In this document: in pieces, positions 18,604 through 27,264 of the stretch
Position numbering within the stretch: position 1 is the first letter of the stretch
How the letters are laid out: every line of letters begins with the position of its first letter
IMG/VR virus record: IMGVR_UViG_3300036766_000359
Coordinates: 32,001-96,000 of that record
Direction: 5' to 3' (one strand)
DNA length: 64,000 nucleotides
DNA from: a virus
The notes under the pieces: model-generated
What the model was told of the DNA's origin: nothing
Seen by the model: the letters and a program-made list of their open reading frames with translations, nothing else
Databases searched by the model: none
Position numbers and translations under genes: made by a program

Positions 18604-21600
18604 TTACTCGTCCCCTTCTTCCTTACCAAACCTATCACTTTTCTTCTTGGTATATTTGAGTCCAGCGCCTTTGGCAAGTCTTTCAAGAACATCCGTTTCA
18701 TCGATAGCTTTATCGCCAGCCTTCTGAAGTAATGACTTGAGAAATTCATTGAACGTCGAGTCATTGGGTGTGAACATGTCAAGTTTGAGTTGTTCAAGCG
18801 TCTCGTCAGAGTCGATGTTCAAAAGTTCCAATATGAAAGATATCGGCAAAGAACCCTTTTGATATAGGTTGAACATGTAGTCTTGGAGTTCAGAGTTATC
18901 CCTGAGTGCGAGACGGGTAAACTGAAGCTTCGGGTATATGTACGTCTTATTGCCAGACTCGTCGATCTCAAAAAACCCTTTTTTCTCAGCAACCGGCTCA
19001 AAAAGTAACTCTTCAACAAATTGAGCTATACTTTCTCGGTATAGAAGATACATAGTATTCATGACGTCAAGATGAATACGTTCTCCGGAATAAGTCGATT
19101 CACCAGTCAACATGGATTCGGTAATACGTAGCCCAACAAACAATAACTTGTTGGTTATCTCATACTCAGTCCCGAGGTCAAGAAGACGGTCACGTGAACC
19201 GATTTCATCCCAGTGAACCTCAAAGTTTGTAACGATGGTGAAATCAGGGTCAATGATAGCCTGATCGATCTGATCACGAAGAGCGTCAACGTCTGGTTCC
19301 GACATCTTGTCGGCCCAAATAATACGTTTCGGTGTCATGGCCCGAGACGCAATCGAGGTTTGTGCCTGTCTTAACTTGTCTTGATAGACTAGCGTTCGAA
19401 GGCAATTCGCTTGCCAAATTCTATTAGCATAGAAAGAATGATCCTCATCAACATTCAAGCTATAAACTGGACCTTCATACGGAAACTTGTCGACGGATTT
19501 CACGCGATAATAAAGGAGCCCATCATAGAAACGATGTTTCCGACCCCAACCGAGCTTCTCTGGGATACGAATATCGACACTCTTTGCCAAAAATCCAGAG
19601 TCCATGACTCGAGCAACAGCTTCACTATCAGAGAAGGCCGCTTGCCAAAGGGGTTTACAATCTTTCGTAATTGTCCCATCTGGCATACGAACATCACGAG
19701 ATTTGTGTAAATGCATTGAAGGAGAAAGTCCGAGAGACTGCATGAGAAGAATTATCTGATCCATTAGTGGCTTCGTCGACATGGCCAACTGAACAGTCAC
19801 AGTTCCAGTTTTTTTCACCGTAACACAGCCATCAGAGTCTACTAGACCACGAATGAGACCGATCAAGAACTCTTTAGGAGCATCAAACACCCAACTAGGA
19901 ATATGTTTATCATCTTTTGTATGCCCAAAATTCGCAGCTAACCAGCGAGTGAATACATCATTATACCCAAGAATATTCTTAATGCTGCTCGGAGCAGCGT
20001 GTTCAGTTTCGAACCATTTAACTCCGAGTCGATCCAGAATTGGTTTCACATGCTCGGCAGACGCACAAGAGCGAGGAGACTTTGAACTATAACATACTCC
20101 AAATTGACCATAGTCAAGAGTTGAAGAGTTTTTGCGAATCCATCCATCTCCAAGCCAGTATCCAATCAAATACCCAGAGTCGCCATCCAATGGTAGGACC
20201 TTCTGAAAGGTTTTTAAAGAATTCCTAGATCTGTCTACATCTCTTCGGTTCAAAAGAGGATGGAAAGTAGTTAAATAACGTTTTCCAACCCGGACGACTT
20301 TAGATGAAACACCAAGCTCGGCCAGATGAGATCTAATTTTTGTTTTATCTGATGGATAAAAACCGAACTTTTCTAAGAATTCAGATCCAGAAACCGTGAT
20401 AGGTTCAGTTATGTTTTCAAGCCAGTCAAGAACGAATGAAATTTTATCCGCGTATGATACTTTCCTCGGGTCAGTCTCGGTCTTTGAATATTGAACAGTG
20501 AACGTTTCTGCTGTTTCATCAATAATTTCAATTGAGAGAGCAACAACCTCTCCAGACTTACGAGCAGTGTATTGAGTGGGTATCTGGGAACGAACAAAAG
20601 AGGCCAAGTTAACCAGTGAAGTGGACTCAGTCAGTTCAACTTGACTAGTTTGAACATAATCACCGGGTAACACATTTCCTGCCAAAACTTCCACTCGAGT
20701 CTCGTCCCGGAAAACTACCATCTTATGATCCGATGTTAAACGAATCGGGTCAAGAACTTTTTCAATCCTAAGTTCCGTTATTACTTCTGAAATGGGTCTC
20801 GTCCCATGGTCAAATTTTCTCCATTTACCAGATCCACCTAGAACTTCATCTATCTCCGGGTCTAAATGCTCAATTGGTATCTGTAAAATCTGTCCGTCAC
20901 GATGAGCAGTTACCTCAGTACCGGGAAGATGACAACGTTCAAGAAGAGAAATACCACGGTCGTCATATGCCGACTTCTTATGCGAAAGATGGTAACAAAA
21001 TGATGAACATAAAAAGGCATCATATGGACTTGAGTTGAGTGGAATAGGCTGACCAGATATTAGACTATCACGGATCTGATCCGGGATGTCATCAGCAATT
21101 CGCATTGACTCTTCGTCTTGTTGCTCCGAAGCCTTCATTACGAGAAGTCTATCCTTCTCGGAAGGAATGAGTTCGATCTTTGTCTTATTCGTATACTGGA
21201 ATACTTCTAGTTTAACTTGTTCAGGCGGAAGTATTTGAAGTTTTTCCCACCCGGTGTAATTCTTAGCAACGTACTCGCGAATCGTTTTATCACGCTCGTC
21301 ATCGGGTTTTGGAGAACGTTTATCTTCTTTTTTCGTTTTTGTCCGACCAGCGTAGTCAACTTCAAACGACTCTTCATCAGAATCTCCTTCTTCCGAAGGA
21401 TTAAGAAGCATATCTTCACTAATTTCAGAAGTCAGATCATGATCTTCGCAGAAAATAAAACAATTGCCATGTAACCAATATTCGTGGGTAGCATCGTAAA
21501 GAGTCTGAAATAGACGAATCTTTTTACACATCCGTTCATAAAAATGAAGAATGTTTTTATTTTGAACTTTATCTTTTCCTTTCGGAAGAGATAAACGAAT

Positions 21601-23109
21601 TTTGCTCATCGGAACATCAGTGTGAAAATCTATGGCCGATCCGACAATAGGGTGTGTATTATGAGTTGAAAGACTGTGAGCTATGTAACTTTTCCGATCA
21701 CCATCACCATATACTTCGAGGTTATAGACAATTCCTTTGTACGGGATCGACTCAAGCTTTTCGATTCGGTGTAAATACCCGAAATCGGTGTCAACTAGGT
21801 ATACACGGGTGGAGCGAGCATCATATACACCATCAACAAAATTTGCGTATTTACCAAATTCCGTTTGGTAACGACCAGGGAACGAAATATAATGGACGGT
21901 CCCAGGTGGAAAGACTTGACCATCTTTCATTGTTCTGGATGGACGATCATATTTTGAATGATAAGCTGGAAATCCTGCACGACGTGCAAGTTGGAACACC
22001 TGCGAAGCCAGATTAGAACTCATCGTATCAGCAGTATAAGAGTTATCAGTGAAACAACCGTCACCATTCCAATAAGCACCGAGGAAGTTAAGGATCAACT
22101 CAACCGGAGCATTCACAACGGCTTCACTCAAACATTTTTCATGTGAACCATTCCCGCCATTGCGAAGGCAGAAATCCAAGAATTCCATTGAGTCACACAC
22201 AACTTTAGTCGTGTTACGAGAAGAGTCCGTGTAAATACGAGCTTTCTTCCCAAATGTAGCAAGACATAGATTTGATATTTCAACCGCGATAGTGGAAGCT
22301 TCATCAATATTAAGAGAAAATTCAACTCCTCTATGGACGCCAGCCGATCTGTAGGCAGGAGAACCCTCGGATACATAGTATCCAAGAAGTCTCATAAGAT
22401 TAGAATCAAATTCGGTCGAATTCGACCCGATCATTTTCGGAGAGACAATAAAGTCTCCGACACAAAGGTCTTTCGCGTATATAAATTCAGGAGAACCAAA
22501 ATCTTTACCAGAACATTTGGTCCGACGACAGATAGCATTTACACCACTCTTACATATTCCGGATGAATCAGTATATTTACAAGAAACCTGATTTTCTTTA
22601 TACACCAGAAATGGATGATTTCCGGTGGCTTTTATAGATGACTGAATCCCACGAACCGACATTCTGACAATATTGTCATCAATGTCATTATGGAATAGTT
22701 CTTTTACGGTAGTTAACTCACCAAGCCCATTCGGAATCTTGTCTCCGATTTTGATATTCTCAATCGGACGAGTGGTCCCGTCAGACATGAGAATAGGGGT
22801 ACCAGGAGGGAAACATGTGTACCAAAATCTAAAAAGTTCACGCTTCTCGCGTTCAGACTGAGGAAGTTCAAGAAAGTCGGTTGATAATTGAGGACTGTAA
22901 AAAGCGGAGTCCGCGTTTGATATGGATTGTGAACCGGAATTACCAAAATCGCCAGCAAAAGAAGCCACACGAATTGACTGGGAAGCTTCACGCCTAGCCA
23001 TCTTCTCGAGTTTCGTAAGTTTGGACTTGGTAGCAGTCTGCTCCACTGCTTCCGTAACCGGAAAATTCGGTTTTGAGGATTTAACTCTTATTTTAGGTTT
23101 TTTAGGCAT
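18604..23109 (-). CDS. Portal protein with two inteins (about 605 aa after splicing)
   Basis: Follows terminase; extein motifs HPIVGSAIDFH, HEYWLHGNCFIF, MTPKRII..DALRDQI typical of large-phage portals. Confidence 0.8.
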   Translation of the reverse strand: MPKKPKIRVKSSKPNFPVTEAVEQTATKSKLTKLEKMARREASQSIRVASFAGDFGNSGSQSISNADSAFYSPQLSTDFLELPQSEREKRELFRFWYTCFPPGTPILMSDGTTRPIENIKIGDKIPNGLGELTTVKELFHNDIDDNIVRMSVRGIQSSIKATGNHPFLVYKENQVSCKYTDSSGICKSGVNAICRRTKCSGKDFGSPEFIYAKDLCVGDFIVSPKMIGSNSTEFDSNLMRLLGYYVSEGSPAYRSAGVHRGVEFSLNIDEASTIAVEISNLCLATFGKKARIYTDSSRNTTKVVCDSMEFLDFCLRNGGNGSHEKCLSEAVVNAPVELILNFLGAYWNGDGCFTDNSYTADTMSSNLASQVFQLARRAGFPAYHSKYDRPSRTMKDGQVFPPGTVHYISFPGRYQTEFGKYANFVDGVYDARSTRVYLVDTDFGYLHRIEKLESIPYKGIVYNLEVYGDGDRKSYIAHSLSTHNTHPIVGSAIDFHTDVPMSKIRLSLPKGKDKVQNKNILHFYERMCKKIRLFQTLYDATHEYWLHGNCFIFCEDHDLTSEISEDMLLNPSEEGDSDEESFEVDYAGRTKTKKEDKRSPKPDDERDKTIREYVAKNYTGWEKLQILPPEQVKLEVFQYTNKTKIELIPSEKDRLLVMKASEQQDEESMRIADDIPDQIRDSLISGQPIPLNSSPYDAFLCSSFCYHLSHKKSAYDDRGISLLERCHLPGTEVTAHRDGQILQIPIEHLDPEIDEVLGGSGKWRKFDHGTRPISEVITELRIEKVLDPIRLTSDHKMVVFRDETRVEVLAGNVLPGDYVQTSQVELTESTSLVNLASFVRSQIPTQYTARKSGEVVALSIEIIDETAETFTVQYSKTETDPRKVSYADKISFVLDWLENITEPITVSGSEFLEKFGFYPSDKTKIRSHLAELGVSSKVVRVGKRYLTTFHPLLNRRDVDRSRNSLKTFQKVLPLDGDSGYLIGYWLGDGWIRKNSSTLDYGQFGVCYSSKSPRSCASAEHVKPILDRLGVKWFETEHAAPSSIKNILGYNDVFTRWLAANFGHTKDDKHIPSWVFDAPKEFLIGLIRGLVDSDGCVTVKKTGTVTVQLAMSTKPLMDQIILLMQSLGLSPSMHLHKSRDVRMPDGTITKDCKPLWQAAFSDSEAVARVMDSGFLAKSVDIRIPEKLGWGRKHRFYDGLLYYRVKSVDKFPYEGPVYSLNVDEDHSFYANRIWQANCLRTLVYQDKLRQAQTSIASRAMTPKRIIWADKMSEPDVDALRDQIDQAIIDPDFTIVTNFEVHWDEIGSRDRLLDLGTEYEITNKLLFVGLRITESMLTGESTYSGERIHLDVMNTMYLLYRESIAQFVEELLFEPVAEKKGFFEIDESGNKTYIYPKLQFTRLALRDNSELQDYMFNLYQKGSLPISFILELLNIDSDETLEQLKLDMFTPNDSTFNEFLKSLLQKAGDKAIDETDVLERLAKGAGLKYTKKKSDRFGKEEGDE
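19405..20934 (-). mobile_element. Portal intein 2 (510 aa, Hint + LAGLIDADG)
   Basis: Starts CHLPGT, LIGYWLGDG and LIRGLVDSDG blocks, ends VYSLNVDEDHSFYANRIWQAN followed by Cys. Confidence 0.9.
21658..22815 (-). mobile_element. Portal intein 1 (386 aa, Hint + LAGLIDADG)
   Basis: Starts CFPPGT, LLGYYVSEG and FLGAYWNGDG blocks, ends VYNLEV..STHN followed by Thr. Confidence 0.92.
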
Positions 23110-23127
23110 GTTTATAACGAGATCACA

Positions 23128-23487
23128 TCATCGAAGAAGTTCCGGGTCCCGTATAACTTCTTCAAGCTCATTCCTTTTAGACTGTCGAGTCTTCCCAACA
23201 AATTTAGAAATGGTTGAAACTTTAAGTTTTGTACCCCTGATATCGCGGATCAATGGCTGGATAGACAGTCGACGCGAAACCATAGCTGCTCTTAGCACCG
23301 GGTTTCTTTCACACATTTTATGAAGTCGGTCAGCATCCTCGAGAATAGCCTCAATGATAGGGGATATATTGTCGAGACGAGACGCGACAGATCCGAAAAG
23401 ATTCAAAGCTTTTTCCAAATCATCCGTACGTTCATGGATCTCAACATCACTCAGAGTCCGGGTGCCGTGTTTTTGGGTATTCGCCAC
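23128..23487 (-). CDS. Hypothetical protein
   Basis: 119 aa ORF packed between terminase and portal. Confidence 0.55.
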   Translation of the reverse strand: MANTQKHGTRTLSDVEIHERTDDLEKALNLFGSVASRLDNISPIIEAILEDADRLHKMCERNPVLRAAMVSRRLSIQPLIRDIRGTKLKVSTISKFVGKTRQSKRNELEEVIRDPELLR

Positions 23488-23490
23488 GCT

Positions 23491-23781
23491 TCACCATACT
23501 ACGGACACGGGTTTAGAAGCTATAATAACAGCAATTTTCCCATCACCACGGGACTTCACAAGATGTTCAATGGCATCTTCAATTATTTTTACTGACCTCA
23601 TATCCCCGTCCATAAGACGTTGCCAAGAACCTCCACGACGTAGAAAGTCGTGGTATAACCCCACAAAGTCTTTATTTGACATTTCTTCGTCATCGCCATA
23701 TATATGGTCCATGATTTGACGAGAAATCAAATAGGCTGTCGTGTCTTTGACACCGGCCCTACCTTTTGATTCAGTATTCAC
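23491..23781 (-). CDS. Hypothetical protein
   Basis: 96 aa ORF (GTG start) packed between terminase and portal. Confidence 0.5.
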   Translation of the reverse strand: MNTESKGRAGVKDTTAYLISRQIMDHIYGDDEEMSNKDFVGLYHDFLRRGGSWQRLMDGDMRSVKIIEDAIEHLVKSRGDGKIAVIIASKPVSVVW

Positions 23782-23804
23782 GAGTTAAAAAGTGTACGAA
23801 AGGG

Positions 23805-25754
23805 CTAGGAAATTCTTTTTGCTTGCCTAGAAACAGAACGGGAGCTAACCCCGTGTAGTCTAGCACGTTGTCGATGAAACTGACCATAACCGCCAATAGA
23901 ACGCCCGGTGGGACCAGTATTTGAAACTTGACGAATTGACGAATCAAGGACCCCTGGGTTATCACGAACATATTCCATCGCCAGCATAATCGAACGAGCA
24001 AGGGAGTCTGACATATCATCATGTTTCCCGGAAATTTTTGGTGCTTCAACCACTATAATATTTTTACCACTAGATGAAGACTGAAGTTCCAATAACTCAG
24101 TTACCAATGGAGAATGACGAATGCTTTGATTTTCTGCCGAGGCTTGTTCTGGTATCGGCCAATCATATATACCGATCTGACGGTGTAACATGGCCATTTT
24201 AAATGTCTGCCACATTTGAGATGTATCAGATGGGAAGAAATTTCGCATCTCAAATTGCTTCAAATTTTTCTTATGAAGAACTTGTTCAAAAACCGGACCA
24301 GCCCACTGATCGAAAACACCGCGATAGATGTAAAACTTACGAGATAAAGCAAAAAACCAGTTTGCAATTTCGTCAAGATCAAGGCGCGGTTGGTCCTGAA
24401 GAGTCATGGCGTAAGGAACTATCGGGATATCAAGGTGCGGATTTGACTCTCTCCAACTTTTACGTGGATACCAGACCTCATGGTATATGAGTTCTATCCT
24501 TCCACCAGACAGGTGAGTGATGGCAATGGCAGTACCATCATTTGAAATACCGAAGTCGACACCAGCCCAGTGTACTTCTCTGGGGTATCCACTAAGGGAA
24601 GGACGAAGAGAAGGAATAATGCAATCCTGAAGGTCTTTCGAGTCTTCAATAAAACCACGGACACGATCAGAAAATTCAGCCCCGTACTCCGTCATGAACG
24701 ATTTCGGGTCTTTCGCGTATTCGACGCGATAGTCCTCTGAAGATAGTGTCGGGTTCACTTCCCAAGTAGGGGCCTGGATTATGAGAGTATTTGACGACTC
24801 AACACCTCCGGACATCGCTTGCTTACAAAGTTTGTAGAAAAATCCTTCTTTTGAATTCGGTGAAGAAATTAGAACCATTCGACCATCGGTCGGACCGATC
24901 GGGTTGTGTTTGTTTTTCGGGTCTTTCGGAGTAAATTGTTTGAGAGATGGAGAAAGACCTCGATATACCTGTTCTGCCGAAGAATTACCATCGTCAATAA
25001 AGAAAGCAATTTCGTCTAGGATGGCACATATTACACCACGTCCACGAAGTCCTTTAGCAATTGAACTTTTGAAAGTTGCAGTAATCGTCGCTTTCCCGTC
25101 AGGACCAAAGCGTTTCTTATCGCTTTCGGTACGAAATTTTACGTATGTTTGGGTGTCGTGAGCGACGTTATTTTTAAAGTAGTCAACGGCCTGAATATGA
25201 GCCTGGATGTCACTGTATACGATGGAAGCTTGCTCTTTGTCATTAGCTATGTCTAGTACACGAATTTCAGTACCATGAGGAAGTCCATAGTGAGCTTGCG
25301 GAGACCCACGTTTCAGTAGTTTATAAAGTTCATAGGCGGCGAACACGGCGGCCATCGAACTCTTACCTGAACGTCGTCCGAGGATAAGTATTAGTTCTCT
25401 ACGTGTTTTACCATCTTGTTCCTTTACATTACATCTTCCTTGATCATATAAGTATCTAAGGTATTCAAGTTCAGTGAATTCATGAACTACACGTTCACCA
25501 AACTTATCTTTAACAAGGATTACTTTATGGACGTCATCAAGGGGAATGTTATAGTATAATTTGACAATGAATTTCTGAGTTGGGAACAAACCATGTGGAA
25601 AAAGTTTAAATTTTTCAATAAATTCAACGATAGTGAGAAAATTTTCGTCTCCATCTTCTCCGTCTTCTCCACGTCTATCACGACGTTTCCTATCGAGGAA
25701 GTCTGAAACTTCTCCGGTTAGTTGACTCTGAAATTTAGGTTCTTTAATTGGCAC
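23805..25754 (-). CDS. terL: Terminase large subunit
   Basis: Walker A LGRRSGKS, Walker B AILDEIAFF, ISSPN coupling motif, nuclease VDFG..ND and HDDMSD. Confidence 0.92.
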   Translation of the reverse strand: MPIKEPKFQSQLTGEVSDFLDRKRRDRRGEDGEDGDENFLTIVEFIEKFKLFPHGLFPTQKFIVKLYYNIPLDDVHKVILVKDKFGERVVHEFTELEYLRYLYDQGRCNVKEQDGKTRRELILILGRRSGKSSMAAVFAAYELYKLLKRGSPQAHYGLPHGTEIRVLDIANDKEQASIVYSDIQAHIQAVDYFKNNVAHDTQTYVKFRTESDKKRFGPDGKATITATFKSSIAKGLRGRGVICAILDEIAFFIDDGNSSAEQVYRGLSPSLKQFTPKDPKNKHNPIGPTDGRMVLISSPNSKEGFFYKLCKQAMSGGVESSNTLIIQAPTWEVNPTLSSEDYRVEYAKDPKSFMTEYGAEFSDRVRGFIEDSKDLQDCIIPSLRPSLSGYPREVHWAGVDFGISNDGTAIAITHLSGGRIELIYHEVWYPRKSWRESNPHLDIPIVPYAMTLQDQPRLDLDEIANWFFALSRKFYIYRGVFDQWAGPVFEQVLHKKNLKQFEMRNFFPSDTSQMWQTFKMAMLHRQIGIYDWPIPEQASAENQSIRHSPLVTELLELQSSSSGKNIIVVEAPKISGKHDDMSDSLARSIMLAMEYVRDNPGVLDSSIRQVSNTGPTGRSIGGYGQFHRQRARLHGVSSRSVSRQAKRIS

Positions 25755-25757
25755 AAA

Positions 25758-26600
25758 CTAAACCGCGATGGACTTAGCACGTTTTTCTTTAAATTTTTTG
25801 GTGTAAAAACGACGGCATCGACGACACTCATAATAAACAATACCATTACGAGTCAAAGAAAAACATTCTTCTAAAGAAACCTGTCCATGCTTTTTACATA
25901 ATTTGTGAGTTTGTGTTTGGGTTGGTCTAGGCATTGCGTGCCTCATTCTTATTCCAGTCATACGTTCATCAGCTTTCTGCCTCTGAATAATGGACATTCT
26001 AATCTTCGATTCTTCAGTATGTCTTCGACCTGTTAACTTCTGTGAAATCTTTTTACGTGTTTCTAAACTAACAGTCTTGTATTTAAGTGCTTCAGAAATT
26101 TTTCTGCATGTCTCTTCGGACATTACATGACCTCTCAACGCAGAAGATAACTTCGAGCGGACATCCGAAGACTTCTTATGTCCAAGCATACGACATGATA
26201 TTGCAGAACGAACTTCTGCACTTAAAACTCGGCCTGTATTAATTAAAGACATCTTTGATCTAAAATCTTGACTGGAAAAAATGGCTGAATTAATACGTGA
26301 ACCTCCACCTTTCATAATGTTGAATCCTATTTTTGGATCTCGTGTTCCTTCTTGTTCAATTATTGCAAATTCGGTGGCGTTAGCTCCTTCAAGATCCCAG
26401 CTCATTGCAAGAACTTGATGTTCAAACGCATCTTTCCCATATAGACGGATCGCGTTTGCAAAATGAGATCTACTGTCCTTAACATGCTTGGACTGTGAGC
26501 AATGTTGGTTCCAACGATGCATCATCGTATACTGAGTCAAGCCAATATAACGACGTCCGGTATCAATATGGGTATGACAGTAAATGGTCCAGTATTTCAT
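25758..26600 (-). CDS. GIY-YIG homing endonuclease with NUMOD3-like repeats
   Basis: TIYCHT..RRYIGLT..RWNQH; repeated S.E.R.KIS..L.G helices. Confidence 0.88.
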   Translation of the reverse strand: MKYWTIYCHTHIDTGRRYIGLTQYTMMHRWNQHCSQSKHVKDSRSHFANAIRLYGKDAFEHQVLAMSWDLEGANATEFAIIEQEGTRDPKIGFNIMKGGGSRINSAIFSSQDFRSKMSLINTGRVLSAEVRSAISCRMLGHKKSSDVRSKLSSALRGHVMSEETCRKISEALKYKTVSLETRKKISQKLTGRRHTEESKIRMSIIQRQKADERMTGIRMRHAMPRPTQTQTHKLCKKHGQVSLEECFSLTRNGIVYYECRRCRRFYTKKFKEKRAKSIAV

Positions 26601-26615
26601 ATCAGACCCAATCCA

Positions 26616-27194
26616 TTAAAGTTCTAGCCTCTTCTCCCAGTCCTCCATGTCAGCTTCCATTTGTTTAAAAACAACATCAATAGTAGACTCTGGAAGGTCT
26701 GATTTTGACATCGAACTGTAAACAAATTCCATCCACACATGGAGAATTTGTTTAAATTTTGGACTTTTCAAATCAAATCTATCAGACCTAAAGTTTTCTT
26801 GTCGTTTATTAAGTATGTCGGCAAGTTGACGAAGAGAGGCTATTCTGGATATTGTATAGTTAGCAGTGTTTTTTCCCTCTTCAGTAGCTTTTCGTCGTTC
26901 ATACTTTAAATGGGATAATTCTTCAGTTATCTCTTCTAAGACAACATCGATTACATCCGATATTGAAGCTTTTTCGGCAACAACACGAACAAGCTTCTGG
27001 GAAGACACGAAATTTTCCCGTTTACGGATTTCCCGTTCAATGGATTTCGGGTCTATGAGTTCTGGTATTGATACATCAGAACCTTGACCAACTATATAGT
27101 CAGCACCGACTTCCCCGGCGTCAACCTTTTTACCGCCAGGAAATGTAATTACCTGACCGTTCTTTCCCTTATCCTCGTCTTTATCGTCACTCAT
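26616..27194 (-). CDS. Candidate terminase small subunit
   Basis: Helical 192 aa ORF directly upstream of terL once the endonuclease gene is removed; positional call. Confidence 0.45.
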   Translation of the reverse strand: MSDDKDEDKGKNGQVITFPGGKKVDAGEVGADYIVGQGSDVSIPELIDPKSIEREIRKRENFVSSQKLVRVVAEKASISDVIDVVLEEITEELSHLKYERRKATEEGKNTANYTISRIASLRQLADILNKRQENFRSDRFDLKSPKFKQILHVWMEFVYSSMSKSDLPESTIDVVFKQMEADMEDWEKRLEL

Positions 27195-27264
27195 TTACTG
27201 ACAATACGCGCTGTCAGGAAAAGTTGTGCTTAACTAGACAGACCTGCGGTCAGACAGATTTAGC

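Noticed and set aside
25758-26600. GIY-YIG gene between the terminase subunits as a novelty or intron
   Set aside because: Free-standing endonuclease genes are common at this position; both flanking genes have their own start and stop and no intron structure was seen
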